From Spirochaetia bacterium (GTDB lineage Bacteria > Spirochaetota > Spirochaetia > DSM-2461), in NCBI GenBank assembly GCA_963666985.2, contig CAXXIA010000002.1, positions 1,664,001 to 1,728,000 of the forward strand: DNA of 64,000 nucleotides, read 5' to 3'. The notes beneath the pieces were generated by a model. The model did not search any database, was not told the origin of the DNA, and saw only the letters and a program-made list of their open reading frames with translations. This document shows positions 20,158-30,424 of the stretch, piece after piece (position 1 is the stretch's first letter; every line of letters starts with the position of its first letter). Position numbers and translations under genes: made by a program.

Positions 20158-20985
20158 ATGACACTGACTTCCCGCCGTATTGTTCTCATCATCCTCTTTG
20201 TTCCGGCCGCTGCGGCCGTTCTTCTTGTCGCGGCAATCTGGATTTCCAAGTTTAAGGGATTTTACGCGGCCGATTATCAAATACCTTCCGTTACCGCCGT
20301 TTGGTGGTCCACGTGGCGTCCGGCGGCGGCTTCGGATCTGTCATGGGCCATGGGCGGAATCACGTTTCTTACCGTCTTTCCGGTCATCGGAGAAGCCTTC
20401 CTTCGCCGATCGTTTAAGCGAAGTCCGTCTCCCGAAGTCTTCTTCTTCCGAATCTTTATGCTGACTCTTCCTTTTAATGTTTTCAGACTCTTTCTTCCCG
20501 AAGTTTCAGCGGGTGTTCTTCCCGCCGCATGGGGGCTGATGGCAACGCGCATCGTCTGGTTCGCCCGGTTCTTCGGTTTTGCCGCATTGCTCAATATCGG
20601 AGCATTCGCCGCGGATATTCCGTTTCGCCGGTCGGGGCCGATTCTCGGAATGGGAGCTCTTGCGGCCACCGTTATCGCGGCGATGCTGCCGCTGGACGTA
20701 ACACAGCCGATCGGCAACCTGTTATATCGGGAAGGAACCGAAACGGCCTTGGCGCTGAGCTGTGTTTTTATGGAAATTCTGGCGGTTCTCTGTCTTACGG
20801 GCGTTTCCGCCTCACGGGCGAATCCGCGCTATTTTACGCTTTCGGCGGCGCTTTTTATTGTTGTTTTCGGAGCCGATCTCATCTTTTTCGTCTCAACGCC
20901 CCTCATTATACCTGGTGCCGCCGCTCTGATTATCGGATTCCTGCTTTTTGTCGATCAGGTCAGAAAAATCTACCAGTGGCTGTAG
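20158..20985 (+). CDS. Hypothetical polytopic membrane protein
   Basis: About 8 hydrophobic segments. Confidence 0.7.
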   Translation: MTLTSRRIVLIILFVPAAAAVLLVAAIWISKFKGFYAADYQIPSVTAVWWSTWRPAAASDLSWAMGGITFLTVFPVIGEAFLRRSFKRSPSPEVFFFRIFMLTLPFNVFRLFLPEVSAGVLPAAWGLMATRIVWFARFFGFAALLNIGAFAADIPFRRSGPILGMGALAATVIAAMLPLDVTQPIGNLLYREGTETALALSCVFMEILAVLCLTGVSASRANPRYFTLSAALFIVVFGADLIFFVSTPLIIPGAAALIIGFLLFVDQVRKIYQWL

Positions 20986-21001
20986 CGGACGGTTAAAAAA
21001 T

Positions 21002-21091
21002 AAGACTTTCTCAAAAATAGGCTCGCTGTCATCGGAGCACAGAAAGCGGAATGCTGCATACGGGTTAAAGGCGCCTTTTTGAGAAAGCCTT
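21002..21091. mobile_element. MITE-like element copy 2 (90 bp, internally shortened)
   Basis: TIR AAGACTTTCTCAAAAAT / CTTTTTGAGAAAGCCTT, AAAT direct repeats at 20998-21001 and 21092-21095; shares CGGAGC.CAGAAAGCG and GCTG.ATACG.GT with copy 1. Confidence 0.7.
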
Positions 21092-21704
21092 AAATAAAGA
21101 ACATCATGATCAGCCCCGTTCCCAGGGGAATGATAAGATTGTCGATATTCTTCAAGGGGATAAGTTCCAAAACCGTGGCGATCGCAGCCGCAAAAAGAGA
21201 CAGCGGAACAGTCCGGATAACGGAATAAGAACTCGCGAAAACCGCCAAAAAGCAGGCCAGGGTTCCGGCGACGGTTTTTCTTCCGTTTCTATACACAAGA
21301 CGGCGGCCCCAAAGTTTGCCCACAAGGCTTGCTATTCCATCTCCGAAAGCAAGGGCGTAAATGGCGATGGAGGCGGCCGGATCGGGATAGTAACACAGGG
21401 CCGCCATGGCTCCCAATCCCAAAGTGACCGGCCCCCAGACAAATCCGCCTTCACTTTGACGCGCCGCTAATGCGGTCATCCGTGAGATAAAACCATACCT
21501 TCCGCCGGAAATTCTGGCTGTTTCATTGGCGATGTAAAAAAGAATCCCTCCCGCAAGCAGCAGGACGGTCGCCGCGAAATTCCATTTCGCGAGAGTCGGA
21601 ACAAACGCAATAGTTACATGAATCGACTTTCTGACGATTTCTTTAGCTATGGGATTTATGGTAATCGCAATACTATGGATTTTCATCTGCATTATTCCAT
21701 TCAA
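21090..21704 (-). CDS. SEC59/DGK1-type CTP-dependent lipid kinase / cytidylyltransferase family membrane protein
   Basis: EIVRKSIH, GDGIASLVGK, KTVAGTLACF, DNLIIP. Confidence 0.85.
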   Translation of the reverse strand: MNGIMQMKIHSIAITINPIAKEIVRKSIHVTIAFVPTLAKWNFAATVLLLAGGILFYIANETARISGGRYGFISRMTALAARQSEGGFVWGPVTLGLGAMAALCYYPDPAASIAIYALAFGDGIASLVGKLWGRRLVYRNGRKTVAGTLACFLAVFASSYSVIRTVPLSLFAAAIATVLELIPLKNIDNLIIPLGTGLIMMFFI

Positions 21705-21846
21705 TGGATTTTCGATGCATTTTTGATGATTTTTAATTCAAATCCGAAAAATTCAGACTTAAATTATATTCTTTTTCCTCTGGAATATTCAATATCGTAA
21801 ATCGGCGGACCGTATGCAAATTCAATCGGCAAAAAATACAATTTTT

Positions 21847-23010
21847 TTATTCATTTTCAGTCAAATCGACTTCGGAAAGGGCTATTCCGAACCAATCATC
21901 GATTCCGTTAAGGCGATCCGGCAAGGAGCCAAGCGGATACCGGCTCGTCATTTCCGCGACAAGCCAGGTCGAATCACCTTCGCCGTACCTTAAGCCTTCG
22001 CCCGGTACATCAAGCGCGGCAAGCGCATGCTTTGCACGCTGGGAAAGCAGCAATCTGCCGCCGACACCATAGCCGTCCATCAGAATCAGAAGCGCCAGCC
22101 CTAAAGAATCGCAGTCCCCAACTCCGGCGGCGCACGCCGCGGAGGGTGCCAAAAGATCGGAAAAACCGTCGGTGGATCCGTACGTAAATCCCTGAAACCA
22201 GGAAAGAAGCGTTTCGGCCGCCTCTTTACCGCTTGTTACACCAGGCGGCAGGGGGCCGCTCTTGAGCGCTTCCGCCAAGGGTTCCAAACGGCTGTAGCTG
22301 TCCCGGTAGATCATTTTGTAATACCGTTCCCAGGCCGAATAAAACAGCTGCGGGGTGTTGCCGTAATACGAAAGAACCACGGCTTCACGTTCGATAACGT
22401 CTTGAGCGGCCATGTCGGCCGCGGGGCTCCGTGTCCATGTCAGCCTCTGACCTTCAAGCGGCACCGAAACAGCCTCTTCTCCTTCTTCACCGGTCAGCTC
22501 AAGAAACCGGCCCATGGCGCCGGGAGTACGAAGCCAGTATTCGGAAGGAGCATAAGAATCGATTACCGAAAGCAAAAACGGCTGCATCGCTTCGAAATCC
22601 TCTTCTCCGGCAATGGCGGAAATCCTGACATCCGGTCCCGAACCGATGACCATGAGGAACCATCCCCGAACGGTTCCGGACGACGTGGGAAACGTCCAAT
22701 CGGCCAGCGCGACACGCCCGTCCCAGCAGGAAAACGCCGCAACATCGCCTTCGGCGCCTTCGGGACGAACGTTATCGACAAATTCCTGCAGATCTTCCCA
22801 GGAACCCGGAGCCCAAAGCATAACTTCCGCGGCGGCCGCTCTGTCCGGAGAATACCAGGAAGGAATCGAGGGATCGCCGTCGGAAAGTTCCCAAGCTTCG
22901 GGAATATCCAAAATCGGACCGCCGTGAAGAGAAATCTGATAAGCCGAAAGGTTTCCTAAAGTAAAGAACAGAAAAAGAAGAACCGCGGATGCCCGCGAAG
23001 TCCGAATCAT
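21847..23010 (-). CDS. Secreted protein with C-terminal transglutaminase-like domain
   Basis: Signal peptide; GDCDS...HALA...AEMT putative triad. Confidence 0.65.
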   Translation of the reverse strand: MIRTSRASAVLLFLFFTLGNLSAYQISLHGGPILDIPEAWELSDGDPSIPSWYSPDRAAAAEVMLWAPGSWEDLQEFVDNVRPEGAEGDVAAFSCWDGRVALADWTFPTSSGTVRGWFLMVIGSGPDVRISAIAGEEDFEAMQPFLLSVIDSYAPSEYWLRTPGAMGRFLELTGEEGEEAVSVPLEGQRLTWTRSPAADMAAQDVIEREAVVLSYYGNTPQLFYSAWERYYKMIYRDSYSRLEPLAEALKSGPLPPGVTSGKEAAETLLSWFQGFTYGSTDGFSDLLAPSAACAAGVGDCDSLGLALLILMDGYGVGGRLLLSQRAKHALAALDVPGEGLRYGEGDSTWLVAEMTSRYPLGSLPDRLNGIDDWFGIALSEVDLTENE

Positions 23011-25724
23011 ATCGACCTTTTCTCCAATTGACCCTTTTCGCGGTTGAAGGAAATACGAACCCTGGAAAGCGGATCGGAAACCTTCAGAAGGCGTCCGTGG
23101 CTTTCAAAAGTCGTTCCCGGCCAAATTGTACCGGTCACAAGAATTTCCGATTCGAAGTGACGCTCAAATTTTTCCCGGAGCAGGAACAGCTTAAGATTCT
23201 TTTTTTCCAGCATTTTTACGGCATCCACTTTCTTCTGCCGGATCGGAATAAGTTTGGCCGAAGCGCCTTTTTGCTCCAAATCTTCCATTAATTTATCGGT
23301 TTTTGAGATAAAATCTTGGATTTTCTCGATTTCTTTTTGAACCTGATCGATCTGACTCTCAACCAGATAATCCTGCCCGAACGAGATAACGGTATCCACT
23401 TCCCGTTCGTTTCCCACATCTTTACAGATGAGTCCGTCTTTCAATTTCATCACGCCGCCGATGAGTTTGCCTTCTCCTCCCTGGAATTCAAGTTTTCCGT
23501 TGCATTTCACGCGGCAGTTCATCAGTGCACGTACAACAAAAATATTTCCCGTGGTAAGAAGATTGGCGTCTTCGGCGTAATTCATGGTCAGATTGCCCTG
23601 GGTTCGGATAACGGCCTTTCCTTCACCCTTGATTCCCTTGCCGATGAAAATATCGCCGCCCGAATTAACCAGGGCCGCTTGAACAACCTGTGTAACGTGC
23701 ACCCCCTCCCCGCCGTCCACGACGACACGGGAAAGAATGGAACCGTCGATTTTAACGGTTCCCGGAAAACGAACCCCCCCGGAGGCAAGGGAAATATCAC
23801 CGACATAATCCAGGATATCCTGAATTCTCAGCTGGCCTTCGCTCAATACAAGATGGCCGCCCTTCGCCGCCGTTAAAGTGAGACTGCCGTCGTCGTTTTT
23901 GTTCCGGTCGATGTTCTCCCCGATTTTAAGAGAAGCATTGTCGTCCAAAAGAGGCTCTCCGAGCACGTTCCAGCCGCTTTCCTCGCCGGAGGAGGCCATA
24001 ACGCCGACAACATCTCCCGCTTTTACGGGCACCGGCGCCTGGGCGGGATCTCCGGTAACATTTAAAGACAAACGCCCTCCGCCTTCCATCGGCAGACGCC
24101 CTTCGGCAATGAGGCAGCCGGTGATTATTTCACCGGTTAAGGACCGTTCGGTTACATCGGAAATTTTTTCTTCGGAAAGGCCTTTGACAACACCGGCTTT
24201 CTCGGCTTCTTCCCGAATGCGTTCCGGCGTTATCGGCGCACCCGTACCCACCGGAAGTCTCGTGGAAACAAAAGCCTTGATTTTATCATCGGATACGGTA
24301 ATTCGAATGGGAGCGTCCCGGTGCGGACGAATCCGTACATGCGTTACGGAATCGGAAGTCTTCCCTATATCAAGCACACCGCTTTCCGTGGCGACAATGT
24401 TGGTATCGTCCCACCGCAAACCTTCGTGGATTCGAATATCGGGATCGTTTCCGGGAAAACCGGGAATCTCCTTACCGTCGATATTCTTTCCGGCTTTTCC
24501 GATTTTTGCCGCTCCCAGCCTGCCGACGGCCTGGCCCGATTCAACCCGGGCCATTTTAGAAACAGCCTCGGGCGGAAATTCCTTGAGTGAAAGAATTCCT
24601 CTGACTTTATCCGGTTCGGAAAGAAGACGTTCTCTGATGGGAGCGGCTTCATCTTCCTCCAAAAAAGGAACAAGACTTTCAACTTCCCTATCGGGACCGC
24701 GTTCGGGCTCGACTCCTTTCTTCAAATGAAGAACGCCGGAAGTCTGTTCACTCTTCCAGAACGACATGATATCCGCTTTAACCGCGGGTCCGTCCAGCCC
24801 GCGGAGTCCGCTGTTTCGAATCACGGCGGCGATTTCATTCAGAACAAGAGGCTTTCCGTCTCCGGTATTTTTTCTCAGACGAAGATCCGCGCGGGTGCGT
24901 AGTTCATCAATATCAAGAATCATGGAACCGTCGGTATCCCTGGAAATAGGGATTTTTTCCAGAACGGCGCCCTCATCCGCGGATTGAGCGACAAGAGCCC
25001 GAATTTCCTCATCCGAAAGGAGTTTTTCAGGAAGATATCCGCACTTGCCGGCGGCTATAATCAAATCCGAAACCGCCGGTACAGGCAAAGAGGTATGGCC
25101 CGGCCGATAATCCAGAAAACATCCGCCCTTATCAATTCCGCCGGTAACGGACCAATCATGAAGAGAACAGGGAACTAAATCGGCGGCATCGGCGGCCATA
25201 CGGATAATTCCGCCGACGGCCGCTATAAGATGTTCTCCTCGAATTTCAAGGTTGTCGCCGATTTCAAAATCGGTTCCTTCCTGTTCTGGCGGTTCTATCG
25301 GATCCCGGTTTAATGCCAATCCGGCCCGCGCCGTAACGGCGGGAATCACGGTGCCGACGATACCGTCCTCCGCCGACCAGCCGTACGTAATCTCCCCTTC
25401 CGGCGGATCAACACCCTCCAAAACGGCTTCAAGCGCCGCCTCAACATCCCGCGGCAGGGGTTTTGCTTCGATCGTTACCCGGAAAGGAGTCGGCGCGACC
25501 GGTTCAACACCCGATGCGACAACATCGGTTTCCGCCGGTTCTTCATGAGAGGAAAAAAACTTAAGCGCTTTTTCAAGAACGGAATCGGGAACCTCGACGC
25601 GAATATCCTCCTTGGATAAAAGCGACCTCAGTTCTTCCAAGTTCCATTCGGTTCCCGAAGAATCCGGTGTCCAAACGAACCGGGCTTCGAGACCGTCTTT
25701 CTTGATTTCGACATGACCTTTCAT
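23007..25724 (-). CDS. FapA/DUF342 family protein with repeated N-terminal modules
   Basis: GDISLASGGVRFPGTVKIDG, GGDIFIGKGIKG, coiled coil, VTGTIWPGT. Confidence 0.85.
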   Translation of the reverse strand: MKGHVEIKKDGLEARFVWTPDSSGTEWNLEELRSLLSKEDIRVEVPDSVLEKALKFFSSHEEPAETDVVASGVEPVAPTPFRVTIEAKPLPRDVEAALEAVLEGVDPPEGEITYGWSAEDGIVGTVIPAVTARAGLALNRDPIEPPEQEGTDFEIGDNLEIRGEHLIAAVGGIIRMAADAADLVPCSLHDWSVTGGIDKGGCFLDYRPGHTSLPVPAVSDLIIAAGKCGYLPEKLLSDEEIRALVAQSADEGAVLEKIPISRDTDGSMILDIDELRTRADLRLRKNTGDGKPLVLNEIAAVIRNSGLRGLDGPAVKADIMSFWKSEQTSGVLHLKKGVEPERGPDREVESLVPFLEEDEAAPIRERLLSEPDKVRGILSLKEFPPEAVSKMARVESGQAVGRLGAAKIGKAGKNIDGKEIPGFPGNDPDIRIHEGLRWDDTNIVATESGVLDIGKTSDSVTHVRIRPHRDAPIRITVSDDKIKAFVSTRLPVGTGAPITPERIREEAEKAGVVKGLSEEKISDVTERSLTGEIITGCLIAEGRLPMEGGGRLSLNVTGDPAQAPVPVKAGDVVGVMASSGEESGWNVLGEPLLDDNASLKIGENIDRNKNDDGSLTLTAAKGGHLVLSEGQLRIQDILDYVGDISLASGGVRFPGTVKIDGSILSRVVVDGGEGVHVTQVVQAALVNSGGDIFIGKGIKGEGKAVIRTQGNLTMNYAEDANLLTTGNIFVVRALMNCRVKCNGKLEFQGGEGKLIGGVMKLKDGLICKDVGNEREVDTVISFGQDYLVESQIDQVQKEIEKIQDFISKTDKLMEDLEQKGASAKLIPIRQKKVDAVKMLEKKNLKLFLLREKFERHFESEILVTGTIWPGTTFESHGRLLKVSDPLSRVRISFNREKGQLEKRSI

Positions 25725-25734
25725 TGTATTGGAA

Positions 25735-26877
25735 CTAAACCTCGAATCCCTGTTCCGCCGCTTCAACAATCTTTTTCTTGAGGAAACGGTTTTCCGTCTT
25801 CAGGGTTCTGATATCCATTTGCTGCGTCCGTATCGTTTCAATCAAATCCCCCTGAGACAGGGCTCCGCTGTGAAGAAGCTCTTCAAGCGAAGAAATCTTA
25901 CTGTTGAAGTCGGCCTCGGCTTCGAGTTCCGCTTCCTTAAATCTATCGTCGGCTTCAAGATTCGTCAGGGGACCCGTATCGTCTTCATCAACCTCGAGAA
26001 TCTTATCGGCAAGGCGAAGAATGGCCTGAGAGAGAACCGTCTGAGGTTTATACGCGATAATCGGCAGGCTCGATCTCTGAGCCGCGTCCTGCATCTGATC
26101 CCGGTAGATCACGCCCAAGCTGTCCATCTCTATGCCGAGATATTCGCGGGCGGAAATTCGCAGTCTGTGGCTGCGGGATACGTCTTTGGGATCGTCGAGC
26201 ATATTCATTACGAGTCTCGGACGCAGATGAGAGGCTTTCGAAATATAATTTTCATACACATCGGAATCGATCTTCCTGATGGCTTCCAAAAGCCGGTTCA
26301 AATGCACTTTCTGAAGAGAGGTTCCGTCCTTCCGAAGATCTTCCATATAGGAATGGACGGGTGAATCCTTGCCGTACGATCCGGATAATATTCTGAAAAC
26401 GGCGTTTTTTAAGAAAAGATAGGCGTTCAGGGTTGAAGTCAGCGCCGGAGTCGCCACGACGATACCGCATCCGGAAAGGAGAAAGAAATCAATCGTATTG
26501 AAGCTCGTGCCGGCTCCCAAATCCAAAATAAGATAATCGGCATCCAGATTCCGCAGGGCATTAACCAGCCGTTTTTTGGTAGGAACCGAAACGTTGGCCG
26601 CGCCGGGAAGCTCGGCTTCTCCCGGAATAAACCTCAACCCTTTCCAGGATGTCGGATAAATAATCTGATTTATATCGATCTTCGTATTGTTAAGGAACGT
26701 TCCGATTCCCCGCGTACCCACATGTTCACCGAGAATAAGATGAAGATTCGAACCGCCGAGATCCAAATCCGCCAAAATGACTTGTTTGTCCACTTGCGCC
26801 AGAGCAATGGCCAAATTCGCGGAAATCAGGGATTTTCCTACACCGCCTTTGCCGCTGGCGACCGCGATGATCTGCAT
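25735..26877 (-). CDS. MinD/FlhG-like P-loop ATPase with C-terminal coiled coil
   Basis: ASGKGGVGKS deviant Walker A, DLDLGGSNLH, LDLGAGT. Confidence 0.85.
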   Translation of the reverse strand: MQIIAVASGKGGVGKSLISANLAIALAQVDKQVILADLDLGGSNLHLILGEHVGTRGIGTFLNNTKIDINQIIYPTSWKGLRFIPGEAELPGAANVSVPTKKRLVNALRNLDADYLILDLGAGTSFNTIDFFLLSGCGIVVATPALTSTLNAYLFLKNAVFRILSGSYGKDSPVHSYMEDLRKDGTSLQKVHLNRLLEAIRKIDSDVYENYISKASHLRPRLVMNMLDDPKDVSRSHRLRISAREYLGIEMDSLGVIYRDQMQDAAQRSSLPIIAYKPQTVLSQAILRLADKILEVDEDDTGPLTNLEADDRFKEAELEAEADFNSKISSLEELLHSGALSQGDLIETIRTQQMDIRTLKTENRFLKKKIVEAAEQGFEV

Positions 26878-27056
26878 CCCCACCCCCCGGAATCTCGACC
26901 CTCATTGTCGGCAAAGGTTTGAAAGAAAAAACTTTACGCGAACGAAGGTATGAAAGGATACAAATAGCATAAGCTGGAGGATTCAACGGGTCAAGCGATG
27001 GATCGGTTGACAAGGATTAAGGGGGAACCGACAATCCGGAAGAGAAGGACCCCAAC

Positions 27057-28451
27057 ATGGATAGAAAAAAAGAACGCTTTCTCTGGATTAGCTTATCCGG
27101 AATGCTGGCCGTTGTCCTGGCCGCGGTACTGCTTTCACCCATCGCAATGGCTCAGTCCCGCAAGAATACGCAGGAATACATACGGGAACTGGAAGCGGCC
27201 ATGTATCTGCTCCAGAACAATTATGTTGATGAGGTCGATTCCGAGCAGCTCTTCCGGGGCGCCATGGACGGAATGTTCGCCAGTCTTGACGATCCCTATT
27301 CTCTTTATCTGAACGATGAACTTCTGGAACAGATGACCGATACCACCCAAGGCGAATACGGCGGAGTGGGTCTTTACATCAGCAAAGACCGCTACGATCC
27401 CGACAATCCGTACGGCCGGCTTCCCTACGTAAAGGTCGTCTCTCCCATCGAGGATACTCCGGGCTGGAAAGCCGGCATCAACGCCGGCGATTACATTTAC
27501 GCGATCGAAGGTGAATCCGCCGAAGGATTCGCGACACAAGATGTTTCGGATCGTCTCAGAGGTGTTCCCGGTACAAGCGTTAAGGTAACGATCCTTCGCG
27601 GGGAATACACGTTCGATCTTGTGCTGACACGGCAAAAAATTGAAATCCCGACCGTTAAGACTACGATTATCAACGGGGATATCGGTTATATCAGAATCAT
27701 CGAATTCACCCCCTTTACGGTACCGCGCGTTGAGGAAGCCTTAACCGAATTTACAGCCCAGGGCCTGGATAAACTCATCGTGGACGTCAGAAGCAACCCG
27801 GGCGGCCTTTTGGACTCGGTCGTCGAAATCGCCGACTTCTTCTTCAGCCGGGGCGTCGTGGTGAGCACCCGATACAGACAGGAGCGCATGAATCAGGTTC
27901 ATCGCGCCACTCCCGGCACGATTGTTTCTTCCGATACGAAAATCGCCGTGCTGATCGACAAAGGTTCGGCATCGGCATCGGAAATTCTTACCGGAGCGCT
28001 CAAAGACAGAGGCCGGGCCACGGTTATCGGAGAAACCTCTTTCGGCAAGGGTTCCATCCAGCAAATGATTCCTCTGGACGGCACGGCGATAAAACTCACC
28101 ACGGGCCGCTATTACACGCCGAACGGCATCAACATCGATAAAACCGGCATCGAACCGGACATTGCCGTAAAAGAACCGGATTTAACCGACGAACAGACCA
28201 AGGCTTATGCCGTTCTTCTCCAGGAAAACCGAATCGGTTCCTTTGTGGATTCGTATCCCGATCCGTCTCCATCACAGGTGAACGACTTTGTCGAACAGCT
28301 CCGTTCGGACGGGCTGGATCCCGGCGAACGAATTGTCCGGCTCCTGGTTAAACGGGAATCGGAACGGCGCTTGAACGTTCCGCCGGTTGTGGATTTGGAA
28401 TTCGACCGGGTGCTCCTTCGCGGAGTCTCGTTTCTGGAGACGGGAAAGTGA
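27057..28451 (+). CDS. S41 family C-terminal processing protease
   Basis: LDDPYS, PDZ domain, DVRSNPGGLL, SASASEI, GKGSIQ. Confidence 0.93.
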   Translation: MDRKKERFLWISLSGMLAVVLAAVLLSPIAMAQSRKNTQEYIRELEAAMYLLQNNYVDEVDSEQLFRGAMDGMFASLDDPYSLYLNDELLEQMTDTTQGEYGGVGLYISKDRYDPDNPYGRLPYVKVVSPIEDTPGWKAGINAGDYIYAIEGESAEGFATQDVSDRLRGVPGTSVKVTILRGEYTFDLVLTRQKIEIPTVKTTIINGDIGYIRIIEFTPFTVPRVEEALTEFTAQGLDKLIVDVRSNPGGLLDSVVEIADFFFSRGVVVSTRYRQERMNQVHRATPGTIVSSDTKIAVLIDKGSASASEILTGALKDRGRATVIGETSFGKGSIQQMIPLDGTAIKLTTGRYYTPNGINIDKTGIEPDIAVKEPDLTDEQTKAYAVLLQENRIGSFVDSYPDPSPSQVNDFVEQLRSDGLDPGERIVRLLVKRESERRLNVPPVVDLEFDRVLLRGVSFLETGK

Positions 28452-28861
28452 TTCAAGCCATTTCTCTGGAAACCCGCCGCGGTGATTCGATGACCGATAT
28501 TACCTCGGCGGTTTCTCAAATCGTCGCCGAAAGCGGCGTTACGGAGGGACTTTGCCTTATCAGCAGTCCCCACACCACGGCCGGGGTAACCATTAACGAA
28601 AACGCCGATCCCGACGTACAGACCGATATGATGATGGAAATCGGAAAAATCGTTCCCCGCGAAGACGGTTATCGGCATATGGAAGGCAATTCGGCCGCCC
28701 ATTTGAAAGCAACCTTCACCGGTCTTTCGGTAACGCTTCCGATTTCTGAAGGTCATCTGGTTCTGGGAACTTGGCAGGGTGTCTATTTCTGCGATTACGA
28801 CGGTCCCAGGCGGCGGCGCGTTATGGTTACCGTCATCGGCGATTCAAACCGAAACGGTTAA
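28448..28861 (+). CDS. YjbQ/UPF0047 family protein
   Basis: PHTTAGVTINENADPDV, EGNSAAHLKA, LGTWQGVYFCDYDGPR. Confidence 0.92.
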   Translation: MIQAISLETRRGDSMTDITSAVSQIVAESGVTEGLCLISSPHTTAGVTINENADPDVQTDMMMEIGKIVPREDGYRHMEGNSAAHLKATFTGLSVTLPISEGHLVLGTWQGVYFCDYDGPRRRRVMVTVIGDSNRNG

Positions 28862-28870
28862 CGGGAACGC

Positions 28871-29641
28871 ATGAAACAGTTTGTCCTTCCCTTTGAACCC
28901 AAAGGCGGCGAACCGGAAAAACGCGCACTGACCGGTCAAGACTTCAAATACCTCATCAGGGTTCGCCGCTATCGCGGCGGAGATAGTATCGCCGCAAGAT
29001 CTCCCAATGGGCGGCCTTACGAAATAAGGATTCTCTCCATAAGCCGAGACTCATGTGAAATTCTTATTGAACCCGGAAAGGATTCCCTTTCCAATCGGTC
29101 TGAAGAAAACTTCCGTATCGTCCTTATGCCGGCCCTTACAAAAGGACGAAAAATGGATCTCGTTGTCCGTCAGGCTGTCGAATCCGGAGCCGTCGGACTA
29201 TGGCCTCTTCAAACCGATCATAGCCAAGTTCGATACGATCATGAAAAGGACGGTCAAACAAAGACGGACCGCTGGAACCGCATCGCAAAAGAAGCCCTGC
29301 AGCAAAGCGGCGGTTCAACACCTCTGACGATTACGAATTCAATAACACTTTCCGAAGCCGTCGACGCCTGGAACCGGCGCGGACCGCTGTTTTTCTTCCA
29401 CGAAAAAGCATTGAAGGAACGCGGTCTCCATAACTATCTTTCAGAGACGAACCTCGAGATCGGTATTATAATTGGACCCGAGGGCGGTCTTTCCGCCGAA
29501 GAAACGCTGTTTCTGGAGAACAGCGGGGCGATTCCCATTTATTTGGGGCCAAGAATCCTCCGGGCCGAGACCGCGGCCCTCTATGCCGTCGCGGCGATTT
29601 CGACCATCATAAGGGAGAGGAACGAATGGCAGCCGATGTAA
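28871..29641 (+). CDS. rsmE: 16S rRNA m3U1498 methyltransferase
   Basis: KGRKMD, EALQQS, IGPEGG, LGPRILRAETA. Confidence 0.92.
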   Translation: MKQFVLPFEPKGGEPEKRALTGQDFKYLIRVRRYRGGDSIAARSPNGRPYEIRILSISRDSCEILIEPGKDSLSNRSEENFRIVLMPALTKGRKMDLVVRQAVESGAVGLWPLQTDHSQVRYDHEKDGQTKTDRWNRIAKEALQQSGGSTPLTITNSITLSEAVDAWNRRGPLFFFHEKALKERGLHNYLSETNLEIGIIIGPEGGLSAEETLFLENSGAIPIYLGPRILRAETAALYAVAAISTIIRERNEWQPM

Positions 29642-30366
29642 ACAGAATTCATATCTTGGACATACCCCTGGACGTTATTGACGATGAGTCGCTTCAGGAA
29701 ACCATAGAGAAGCTCTACACCCTGAAAGAGCATAGACAAATCATCCTTCTTGATTTCCACGGCTTCATGAAAGCCCGTCATAATTCCGAACTGAAAACGG
29801 CGTTGGTTCAAGCGGCGCTCATCATACCCGTTTCATCGATCCTAACCCGAGCGGCCGGTTTTCTGCATTATAAAATTCCGCCGCTTCGCCGAACATATCC
29901 GTTCGTTATAAGACTGCTCGGCATCCTGGAACAGAAGAACAAATCCGTATACCTGCTCGGTTCCACAATGTCGGGCATCAGAAAAGCCGAGTCCACTTTA
30001 AAGGCGACATTCCCCGGACTGCAGATCGTGGGAAGATATGCCGCCCATTTCCCCGCCAACAGGGAATCCGACGTTGTCACGGCCATTAAAAAGTCCTCTC
30101 CGACCCTGCTTCTCGCCGGACGCGGGCTAAAAGAACGTCATTTATGGATCAGCCGAAGACGTACGCAGTTCTCGCCCGGATTAAGTCTCTGGGAAAATAC
30201 ATGTTTTGATGTTTTTTCAGGGAAAAAATCGAAACCGAATAATTCAACCGGTGCCCGGCTTTTCAAAGGTTTTTTCGGTTCCCTTATTCGTCCGTGGCGT
30301 TTTCTTCGGGGATTTCGCTACCTGTTTTTCTTTATTTTGGTCGTCATTGAACGGATTCGCGGCTGA
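29626..30366 (+). CDS. WecB/TagA/CpsF family glycosyltransferase-like protein
   Basis: SVYLLGS, FPGLQIVG, FDVFSG..K, PWRFLR. Confidence 0.8.
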   Translation: MAADVNRIHILDIPLDVIDDESLQETIEKLYTLKEHRQIILLDFHGFMKARHNSELKTALVQAALIIPVSSILTRAAGFLHYKIPPLRRTYPFVIRLLGILEQKNKSVYLLGSTMSGIRKAESTLKATFPGLQIVGRYAAHFPANRESDVVTAIKKSSPTLLLAGRGLKERHLWISRRRTQFSPGLSLWENTCFDVFSGKKSKPNNSTGARLFKGFFGSLIRPWRFLRGFRYLFFFILVVIERIRG

Positions 30367-30424
30367 TATCCGTTTCCATCAAACGGATAGCCCCGCTTGA
30401 TGGCCTGGAGTATACTTCAAATCT

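Noticed and set aside
26905..26936. Possible sigma28 promoter (TAAA...GCCGACAA) upstream of the FlhG-like gene
   Set aside because: Spacer is 20 nt instead of about 15
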